From: an uncultured Desulfospira sp.
GTDB taxonomy: Bacteria; Desulfobacterota; Desulfobacteria; Desulfobacterales; Desulfobacteraceae
DNA length: 64,000 nt
Assembly: GCA_963663165.1 (NCBI GenBank)
Contig: OY760175.1
Coordinates: forward strand, 4,608,001 to 4,672,000
Reading direction: 5' to 3'
Shown here one piece after another: positions 1 to 6,733 of this stretch (positions within the stretch are counted from its first letter, which is position 1; the number at the start of each line of letters is the position of its first letter). Position numbers and translations under genes: made by a program. The notes under the pieces were generated by a model that saw only the letters and a program-made list of their open reading frames with translations, did not search any database and was not told the origin of the DNA.

Positions 1-909
1 AATTGGTTTTAAAAAATCGTGGGCTGAAATGTTGGCGTTAACGGCATCCACCGCTTTTTCGTTTGTATCTGAGGCGAAAATTTCAGGCCGGTCCATGACC
101 TTGAATTGTTTTTTCATCCGGGTTTTCAGGAAATTAAAATTTTCAGGCCTGAACCCCGGCCAGGTTTCAAAGGCAAAAGATCTGAAAAATCCGGGGGGAA
201 CCCGGGATTTGATCATGGCCCCTTCAATGGAAAAGGTGCCGGAGCCGCACATGGGGTCCAGCAATATATCGTTAGGAGAGAACCCGGTTGCCGTTAAGAC
301 GGCAAAGGCCAGGGTTTCTCTCAGCGGGGCATCAATGGTGTTGGGTTTGACCCCGCGCTTAAACAAAAGAGCACCGGACATGTCCAGGGAAACCTGGAAC
401 CGGTCTTTTTCTCCCCGGATCATCACGGCCTGTGAATCGGCTTTGGAATCTTGGGGGAACCCTGCCTGTCCAAGTCTGTCCTGGATCAGCCCAAGGCTTT
501 TCTGAGCCAGGGCATCCGAGTGGTAAAGCCTGGATTGCCTGCAGGAGACCCGGACATCAAGGTCACTGCTTGCCGGTAAAAATAATTCCCAGTCAATTTT
601 GCCAAGGCCCTTTTCAAATTCTCCAAAATGAACCGCCTTAAAAGAGTCCAGGCGCATGAGGATTCTGGACGGGGTTCTAAGGCAAAGGTTGGCCAGATAC
701 CCATCCTGAAGCCTGCCGGTAAAACCAACCCCGCCGGGCATGATCCGGATGTCCCGGATATCAGGGTCAAGACCTTCCAATTCCTGCCGGCATAAGGGCT
801 CAAGGCCCGGTGAGCAGGCCGCAAAGAATTCGTGGGGCCTGGCAATGACCCGCCGTTTTACCCGTTTTTCAAAAGCGGTCTGCGTCATGGTGGATGAGCT
901 GTCAGCCAT
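1..909 (-). CDS. THUMP-domain class I SAM-dependent RNA methyltransferase (RlmL-like), 3' end outside the window
   Basis: Not in the ORF track; manual translation from ATG 909: MADSS...FFAACSPGLE...ANLCLRTPSRILMRL...SRLYHS...VSLDMSGALLFKRG...APLRETLA...LLDPMCGSGTFSIEGAM. Open to position 1. Confidence 0.9.
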   Translation of the reverse strand, partial: MADSSSTMTQTAFEKRVKRRVIARPHEFFAACSPGLEPLCRQELEGLDPDIRDIRIMPGGVGFTGRLQDGYLANLCLRTPSRILMRLDSFKAVHFGEFEKGLGKIDWELFLPASSDLDVRVSCRQSRLYHSDALAQKSLGLIQDRLGQAGFPQDSKADSQAVMIRGEKDRFQVSLDMSGALLFKRGVKPNTIDAPLRETLAFAVLTATGFSPNDILLDPMCGSGTFSIEGAMIKSRVPPGFFRSFAFETWPGFRPENFNFLKTRMKKQFKVMDRPEIFASDTNEKAVDAVNANISAHDFLKPI

Positions 910-973
910 TAGCTTTTAAGCTTTGCCGGAAATAAATCTGGTTTAAAAATTCGGGCTGTTGGCGACGGTTTTA

Positions 974-1228
974 TCAGAAGGTTTTTCCGCAGCAGGAGCC
1001 GGGGCCGGCGCATCCGGATGCCTCACCGGGTCTGGAGCCGCAGCAGGCCGTGTCATTGAATCCGGGCATGCGGGTTCCGGATGAACCGGACATGGAGGAA
1101 TGGGCCGCCATGAGTTTGGTTAAGTTTTTGCTGCCGCAATGGGTACAGACCGGTGAATCCGATGAGTTGACGATTAACACTTCACTGGACTGACCGCAGT
1201 CTTCACATTTAAAATCAAAAAGGGGCAT
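974..1228 (-). CDS. FmdB-family zinc-ribbon protein with Cys-rich tail
   Basis: MPLFDFKCEDCG...CTHCGS zinc ribbon; C-terminal CCG...C...CC; GAGG Shine-Dalgarno upstream. Confidence 0.85.
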   Translation of the reverse strand: MPLFDFKCEDCGQSSEVLIVNSSDSPVCTHCGSKNLTKLMAAHSSMSGSSGTRMPGFNDTACCGSRPGEASGCAGPGSCCGKTF

Positions 1229-1254
1229 AATTAAACCTCATTTATTAGGAAAAT

Positions 1255-1335
1255 AGGCTGAAGGCGGAAGACTGAAGGGGGCTTGTCAATAAAAGGGAAC
1301 TCATACTTCAGCCTAAACACCTTCAGTCTTCAGCC
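1255..1335. repeat. GGCTGAAG/CTTCAGCC hairpin-forming short repeat cluster
   Basis: aggctgaaggcggaagactgaagg ... cttcagcctaaacaccttcagtcttcagcct; similar clusters at 2271-2346, 5186-5246, 36416-36456. Confidence 0.75.
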
Positions 1336-1350
1336 TCAATCCAATCCAAA

Positions 1351-1403
1351 AGCCAACGGCGAACCGCTAATAGCTAACAGCTAAAGGCTAAAAGCTAACA
1401 GCT
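1351..1403 (+). repeat. GCTAANN heptamer tandem array
   Basis: GCCAACG GCGAACC GCTAATA GCTAACA GCTAAAG GCTAAAA GCTAACA GCT. Confidence 0.85.
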
Positions 1404-1408
1404 TCTTC

Positions 1409-1768
1409 CTACCAATGGCCTTCCGCGTTGGCGTCATCGGCAAATTCAAACTCACCGGCGTTGAATTTTTCAATCACCTGGTTGATGGTGCCGGTGGCGT
1501 TATTGGCCACTTTAACACCGGCCGCATCCAGGGTTTTGAATGCATTGGGGCCGCAGAACCCCGTCAGCAGCACTTTGGCCCCTTTATTGGCGATATTGGC
1601 GGCCGCCTGGATCCCGGCGCCCTTAAATGCGTTTTTGTTGTCATCATTGTCAATGACTTCGAATTCTTTTGTGTCTGTATCGACAATGATAATATATGCA
1701 GCCCGGCCAAACCTGGGGTCTACTTCAGCCTCAAGGTCTTTGCCCTGGGATGTTACGGCAATTTTCAT
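1409..1768 (-). CDS. NifB/NifX (MTH1175-like) family protein, orange protein (ORP) homolog
   Basis: MKIAVTSQG...VDPRFGRA...GAGIQAA...LLTGFCGPNAFKTL; start moved to ATG 1768 behind AAGGA. Confidence 0.85.
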   Translation of the reverse strand: MKIAVTSQGKDLEAEVDPRFGRAAYIIIVDTDTKEFEVIDNDDNKNAFKGAGIQAAANIANKGAKVLLTGFCGPNAFKTLDAAGVKVANNATGTINQVIEKFNAGEFEFADDANAEGHW

Positions 1769-1818
1769 TTTGGTTGTCCTTCTTTGTTTGTGCAAGCTGT
1801 TATCAGCCTTCCGGCTGT

Positions 1819-1856
1819 AGCCATGGTCAGGCATTTCCTGGTGCCTGACCATGGCT
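1819..1856. other. Intergenic 15-bp stem-loop between the two NifX-type genes
   Basis: AGCCATGGTCAGGCA-8nt-TGCCTGACCATGGCT with no clear U-tract. Confidence 0.6.
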
Positions 1857-1863
1857 GCTTTAT

Positions 1864-2247
1864 CTATTGTCCGCCGCCACCGCCGCAGACCTGGTCATTC
1901 CTGATTTCCGTAAGTTTGCCTTCAATCAGGTCCATGACCACTGGTTCAATTTCCGGTCTTTCGGCATCGTGGTAAACGTCAATGCCCACCTGGCGGAAGC
2001 CCATGAGCGGCCTCATGCCGATGCCGCCGACCACCAGGGCATTCACCCTGTTTTCCGACAGCAGGTTGACCGGAACCATGCAGCCGCCCTGGACATGCTC
2101 CTGGTTGGGAAGGATGGAAACCTCTTTGATCTTGCCATCTTCGACATCAATTAATGTAAAGACATCACAATGTCCAAAATGACCTGCCCTGGTTCCTTTG
2201 AGTCCGCCTTCCCCATTGGAGGGGACTGCAATTCTACCGTTTTTCAT
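1864..2247 (-). CDS. NifB/NifX family molybdenum-iron cluster-binding protein
   Basis: RIAVPS...GHFGHCDVFTLIDV...GGCMVPV...VGGIGMRP; C-terminal CGGG. Confidence 0.88.
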   Translation of the reverse strand: MKNGRIAVPSNGEGGLKGTRAGHFGHCDVFTLIDVEDGKIKEVSILPNQEHVQGGCMVPVNLLSENRVNALVVGGIGMRPLMGFRQVGIDVYHDAERPEIEPVVMDLIEGKLTEIRNDQVCGGGGGQ

Positions 2248-2383
2248 TTCATACTGCTCCTTAATTAGGGGTTTAGGCTGAAGGGGCTTGGGCTGAAGGG
2301 GCTTGCCTTGCCTGCCTTCAGCCTAACAACCTTCAGTCTTCAGCCTGTTTTTCTGGTTATATTAAAGTCCAAACAAAAAATTC

Positions 2384-2508
2384 GTGTTTGGACGAAAAGT
2401 TGCCCAGATGCAAGGCGAAGAAAAAATGGCAACCGGAGCAACCTCTTGGTTGTGAGGATTGCCATTTTTTCTGCAACGCAACAGATGGGTGACTTTTCGT
2501 TCAAACAC
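2384..2508. mobile_element. ~125-bp palindromic MITE/REP-like element
   Basis: Ends GTGTTTGGACGAAAAGTTGCCCA / TGGGTGACTTTTCGTTCAAACAC are near-perfect inverted repeats; inner IR AGAAAAAATGGCAA / TTGCCATTTTTTCT; a related end remnant lies at 36383-36413. Confidence 0.7.
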
Positions 2509-3401
2509 TACATTATTCTTTCAAGCTTCATGGCAGAACTATCCATAACCTTCTGCCATATCTCTTTTATCGCCCGTCCGGCATCAGAATCCTGAGCCGT
2601 TTCCAGAACGGTTTTTCCCTGGATCATGGCCCGGGTAAATTCCGGATCAAAGGGGATTCTGCCGGCAAGGCCGAACCCTTTTTCTTCGGCAATGGCTTCA
2701 ATGGCCAGGCCCTGTTCCGGGTTCAGATCAAATTTGTTGATACAGACCATGGCCGGGATTTTAAAATGCTTGGCCAGCTGGGCCACCCGCTCCATATCAT
2801 GAACCCCGGAAACCGTGGGCTCGGTGACAATGAGAATGGCGCTGGCCTGGCCGATACTGGCAATCACCGGACAGCCGATGCCTGGAGGGCCGTCGGTGAG
2901 GATCAGGTCAATTTTCCGGTCCCGAGCCTGTTTTTTGGCCTGTTCCCGGACAAGGGCCACCAGCCGGCCGGAATTTTCTTCGGCAATTCCCAACCGGGCA
3001 TGGACCATGGGGCCGAACCGGGTCTCGGAAATAAACCACTGGCCGCAGGTTTTTTCCGGGAAATCAATGGCCTGTTCCGGGCACATGTCCACACAGACGC
3101 CGCACCCCTCACAGTCTATGGGGGCTATGGTAAACCCGTCATCAGTTTCTTTGACCGCGTCAAACCGGCAAAGGGCCATGCACTGACCGCATTGGGTACA
3201 TTTATCCGGGTTGATGATGGCCTCATTGCCGCTTACAAAGTCGGTTGTCTGCTTGATTTCCGGCGCCATGAGCAGGTGGAGATCCGCCGCATCCACATCG
3301 GCATCACACAGGATCTGATTTTCTGAAAGGCTCGCAAAGGCCGCTGTCAGGCTGGTTTTGCCGGTCCCGCCTTTGCCGCTCAGTATGACCAGTTCTTTCA
3401 T
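2508..3401 (-). CDS. MinD-superfamily P-loop ATPase with inserted 2x[4Fe-4S] ferredoxin domain
   Basis: SGKGGTGKT, DADVDAADL, CTQCGQCMALC, CEGCGVCVDMC, DGPPGIGCP, VTEPT. Confidence 0.92.
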   Translation of the reverse strand: MKELVILSGKGGTGKTSLTAAFASLSENQILCDADVDAADLHLLMAPEIKQTTDFVSGNEAIINPDKCTQCGQCMALCRFDAVKETDDGFTIAPIDCEGCGVCVDMCPEQAIDFPEKTCGQWFISETRFGPMVHARLGIAEENSGRLVALVREQAKKQARDRKIDLILTDGPPGIGCPVIASIGQASAILIVTEPTVSGVHDMERVAQLAKHFKIPAMVCINKFDLNPEQGLAIEAIAEEKGFGLAGRIPFDPEFTRAMIQGKTVLETAQDSDAGRAIKEIWQKVMDSSAMKLERIM

Positions 3402-4267
3402 TGGGCAGGACTCCTTTTTTCTAATATGGTGGTTATCTTTTCCAAAAGCGTTGAAAATTTTTCCTGGTACTCGGGCAGGGATGAAACAATAAGTTCCCCT
3501 TTGGAGTAGCTTTCGGCAATCCGTCTGTCAAAGGGGATCTCCATTAAAACCGGGATGTTTTCCTTTTGGGCGTAGGCCAGTACATCATCGTTCCCCATGC
3601 CGGCCCGGTTGATGACCAGGCCGTGGGGAATGCCAAGGAGCCTGACCGCTCCAACGGCCAGGGTCAGGTCATGAAGGCCGAAGGGGGTGGGCTCGGTGAC
3701 CAGGACCACAAAATCAGCCCCCTTCATGGCGGCAATAACCGGACAGGATGTCCCCGGCGGTGCGTCGATGATGTTGATTTTGTCAGGGTCCTGATGGGTC
3801 CGGACCTGTTTGATAATGGGCGGGGCCATGACCTGTCCGATATCCATGAGACCGCGGACAAATCCGATAGAAGAAGGCTCATCGGTTTTAAAGGTCCCTG
3901 CCTCCACAACCCCTAAGGATCTGTCCTTTTCGGTTACGGCGTTTTCAGGGCAGATGGCCATACACCCGCCGCAGGAGTGGCACAGTTCCGGAAAGGTCAC
4001 CACGGTTTTACCGGCCACGGCAATGGCGCCGTACCGGCAGATGTCCATACATTTTCTGCAAAAGGTGCATTTTTGTTGATCAATTTCCGGGATCGGGGCA
4101 TTGACCTTTTGGCTTTCATCCATTTGAGGATGTAAGAACAGATGGGAATTGGGTTCTTCCACATCACAGTCCAGGATCTGGGCCTTTTCCCCGATCATCC
4201 GTGCCAGGTTGGTACTCACGAGGGTCTTTCCTGTACCGCCTTTGCCGCTGGCAATGCTGATAATCAT
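3398..4267 (-). CDS. MinD-superfamily P-loop ATPase with inserted ferredoxin domain (paralog)
   Basis: ASGKGGTGKT, DCDVEEPN, CTFCRKCMDIC, CHSCGGCMAIC, DAPPGTSCP; 4-bp overlap with the downstream paralog. Confidence 0.92.
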   Translation of the reverse strand: MIISIASGKGGTGKTLVSTNLARMIGEKAQILDCDVEEPNSHLFLHPQMDESQKVNAPIPEIDQQKCTFCRKCMDICRYGAIAVAGKTVVTFPELCHSCGGCMAICPENAVTEKDRSLGVVEAGTFKTDEPSSIGFVRGLMDIGQVMAPPIIKQVRTHQDPDKINIIDAPPGTSCPVIAAMKGADFVVLVTEPTPFGLHDLTLAVGAVRLLGIPHGLVINRAGMGNDDVLAYAQKENIPVLMEIPFDRRIAESYSKGELIVSSLPEYQEKFSTLLEKITTILEKRSPAQ

Positions 4268-4327
4268 TGTTTTGGGTCCTTGTAATTAGCAGTTAGCTAT
4301 TGGCCGTTAGCCTTTCGCTGTTTGCGG

Positions 4328-4708
4328 TTAGCCGTTTGTCAGGCTGAAAATTTTTTTAATGCAGGCGATCATGTTCTGGGCGTCCTGGGGGCCGGGGGTT
4401 AAAGGCAGCGGCATTAACACCCCAAGGCCCTCAAAATAATCATGGAATTCCTTATGGGCAAGGGAGCTGACCGGAATGCAGTTGACCATGGGATTGGTCA
4501 TTATGGCTTTTTCCACCAGTTCTTTGGTCTCCATATCCCCAAGTCCCGTGTCTGCAATAAACAGATCAACGGCCTTTTGTTGTTTTATCAGGTCCACGGC
4601 TTCCTGGCCGGAAGCCGCCCAGGCAATTTCAAACTGGTTGTCTGCCAGGGCCTGTACAATATCAGAAAATTTAGGTTGATCTTCTGTTGCGATAACCGCC
4701 TGTTTCAT
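4328..4708 (-). CDS. Atypical single-domain receiver (REC-like) protein
   Basis: AASGQEAVDLIK...VDLFIAD receiver pattern; conserved KP motif not seen. Start ATG 4708 after GGAG; the ORF-track extension lies inside a repeat element. Confidence 0.7.
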   Translation of the reverse strand: MKQAVIATEDQPKFSDIVQALADNQFEIAWAASGQEAVDLIKQQKAVDLFIADTGLGDMETKELVEKAIMTNPMVNCIPVSSLAHKEFHDYFEGLGVLMPLPLTPGPQDAQNMIACIKKIFSLTNG

Positions 4709-4732
4709 GTTTGTTTTCTCCAATGTTTCCAA

Positions 4733-4829
4733 ATAACGGCCACGGGCCGTCTTGGTTATCCAACCAAGAACCGCCCACAATAAATAATGAAAGTCTTCTC
4801 AAGATGTTAGTGAGACTTTCATATAAAAC
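4733..4829 (-). mobile_element. ~92-bp two-hairpin mini-element, copy A
   Basis: Near-identical to 11937-12033 and 48255-48347. Confidence 0.8.
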
Positions 4830-5036
4830 GGTCAACCCCTAAAGAGCAGAAGCCGGACCGCTCCTGATGATTGGCGTCAAAAAGCAGTCCACAACTGAAA
4901 GGCTGTCTGCAGCAAGCCTTCAGGGCCAATCAAACCAGCCGGTGCCTATGGGCAACAGCCCCCATAATGTTTGTCAGACATGGGCTCATGTCAAGCTTAT
5001 GTCCCATAATCTTTTCAATATGGCATCTTATAGGTT

Positions 5037-5052
5037 AGCAAAGCCTGTGCCA
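5037..5052 (-). promoter_or_regulatory. sigma54 -24/-12 promoter for the ORP-like operon
   Basis: Minus strand TGGCAC-AGGCT-TTGCT matches TGGCAC-N5-TTGC. Confidence 0.75.
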
Positions 5053-5151
5053 TGGCAGTGGCTTTCGGGGGGTGATTTGATATAACTATTTAATATGGTT
5101 GAAATAAATTCAATTGAAAGACGAGAGGTGACAAAAGCCGCCTTTCGGGGT

Positions 5152-5169
5152 GGGCGCACAAATGCGACC
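5152..5169. promoter_or_regulatory. Putative enhancer-binding-protein site (imperfect palindrome) ~100 bp upstream of the sigma54 promoter
   Basis: GGGCGCA-CAAA-TGCGACC; resembles, from memory, the Desulfovibrio OrpR palindrome. Confidence 0.5.
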
Positions 5170-5239
5170 AGTGGTATTAGGGAGACAGGCTGTAGGTGGT
5201 TAGGCTGAAGGGGATTGAGATCCTTCAGCCTAAACCCCT

Positions 5240-6307
5240 TCAGCCTACGGTCTTGATTAGGTCAGCCGTGGATAATTTATCATAGGCGGTCTTAATTAAC
5301 TCAACCGTGCTGTCCCAGGAGATGCACTCATCGGTGATGGAAACCCCGTATTTGAGCTCGTCTGGCGCACAGGAACAATCCTGGCGTCCCTCAAAGAGGT
5401 TGCTTTCCAGCATCAACCCGATGATCCGGTGGTTTCCCTGGAGCCGCTGGTCAAGGGCGCTGTGAAAAACAAAGGCCTGGCCGGTGTACCGCTGGCCGGA
5501 GTTATCGTGGGAGCAGTCAATGACAATGGCATCGGGCAGGCCTTTTTCCTTAAGCTGTTCCTGGGTTTTTCCTACGGAAATGGGGTCATAGTTGGGATGG
5601 GTCCCGCCCCGAAGGACAATGTGGCCGTATTTATTGCCCTTGGTACTGACAACGGCGGACATCCCATGGGGATCTATGCCCAGAAAATGCTGGGGCGCAG
5701 CCGCAGCCTGCATGGCATTGATGGCGGCTTTCAGGCTTCCGTCGGTGCTGTTTTTAAATCCCACGGGCATGGACAGGCCCGAGGCCATTTCCCGGTGGGT
5801 CTGAGATTCTGTTGTCCTGGCGCCGATGGCCACCCAGGAAAGCAGGCCTGCGATATACTGGGGGGTGATGGGGTCCAGGATCTCGGTGGCCGTGGGCAGT
5901 CCCATTTTGTTGATGTCGGCCAGCAGGGACCGGGCGGTTCTCAACCCGGTATTTACATTGTAGGACGAGTCCAGGAACGGGTCATTGATCAGCCCTTTCC
6001 ACCCCACCGTGGTCCGGGGTTTTTCAAAATAGACCCGCATGACCAGGCAGATTTTATCGGCCACCTGTTTTTTCAGGTCATTCATCTTCCCGGCATAGTC
6101 AAGGGCCGCCTTGGTATCGTGAATAGAGCAGGGGCCGGCAATAATCATCAGGCGCTTGTCTTTTCCCGAAATGATATTCTCAATATCCTTGCGGCTGTTG
6201 ATGACGGTTTGTGCCACATCCTCTTCAACAGGAATTTCCTGTTTGATGCGGTCAGGGGAAATAATGGGAATAAATTCTTTTACATTTACATCGTAAGTGA
6301 GTTTCAT
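5240..6307 (-). CDS. 3-deoxy-7-phosphoheptulonate (DAHP) synthase, class I-alpha (AroF/G/H type)
   Basis: GPCSIHD, MRVYFEKPRTTVGWKGLINDP, IGARTTESQTHRE, GFKN, DCSHDNS, YGVSITDEC. Confidence 0.96.
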   Translation of the reverse strand: MKLTYDVNVKEFIPIISPDRIKQEIPVEEDVAQTVINSRKDIENIISGKDKRLMIIAGPCSIHDTKAALDYAGKMNDLKKQVADKICLVMRVYFEKPRTTVGWKGLINDPFLDSSYNVNTGLRTARSLLADINKMGLPTATEILDPITPQYIAGLLSWVAIGARTTESQTHREMASGLSMPVGFKNSTDGSLKAAINAMQAAAAPQHFLGIDPHGMSAVVSTKGNKYGHIVLRGGTHPNYDPISVGKTQEQLKEKGLPDAIVIDCSHDNSGQRYTGQAFVFHSALDQRLQGNHRIIGLMLESNLFEGRQDCSCAPDELKYGVSITDECISWDSTVELIKTAYDKLSTADLIKTVG

Positions 6308-6348
6308 GGCGGTTTCCTTAAATTTTTCAGGCTTGGGACCGCCCGGGC

Positions 6349-6386
6349 AGAAAAGAAAAACCGCAGGCAGCTGCTGCCTGCGGTTT
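6349..6386 (-). terminator. Attenuator (Rho-independent) terminator upstream of DAHP synthase
   Basis: Minus strand AAACCGCAGGCAG-CAG-CTGCCTGCGGTTT followed by TTCTTTTCT. Confidence 0.85.
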
Positions 6387-6391
6387 GAAAT

Positions 6392-6475
6392 CTAGAGATT
6401 CATCCATACGCCACAGGCAGTTCGGGTATAAAAATAATACCAAAAATAATAGCTGCCTGTATAGCGTGAATTCAT
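6392..6475 (-). CDS. Aromatic-rich leader peptide MNSRYTGSYYFWIIFYTRTACGVWMNL
   Basis: GGAG upstream of ATG 6475; 4 Tyr, 2 Phe, 2 Trp in 27 aa; overlaps the pause/antiterminator segments. Confidence 0.8.
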   Translation of the reverse strand: MNSRYTGSYYFWYYFYTRTACGVWMNL

Positions 6476-6645
6476 CTGGTCTGTCTCCATAGGGTTATGG
6501 TTGGAATAGACCATAAAACCATTCCCGTGTCAACCGGTATCCAGTGTTTAAAAAAAACAAAAACCAAATTCTTACAAAAAGCTAAACTTTATCTCACAAA
6601 AATAATGGTATTTAAGGAACCAAAATAAAAAATTGATAGTTGCCG

Positions 6646-6718
6646 GCTCATAGCCCCCAGCTAACCGCTAACGGCTAACAGCTAACAGCTAATGGCTAAC
6701 GGCTAATAGCTAACAGCT
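6646..6718 (+). repeat. GCTAANN heptamer tandem array
   Basis: gctaacc gctaacg gctaaca gctaaca gctaatg gctaacg gctaata gctaaca, immediately before the AGGAGG Shine-Dalgarno. Confidence 0.9.
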
Positions 6719-6733
6719 TAAAAAGGAGGGATC

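Noticed and set aside
4709..4822. In-frame ATG...TGA upstream extension of the receiver gene (possible selenocysteine read-through)
   Set aside because: The stretch is copy A of the dispersed 92-bp element, and the TGA is not conserved in frame in all copies.
6646..6718. CRISPR array
   Set aside because: 7-bp tandem units with no spacers; no cas genes in the window.
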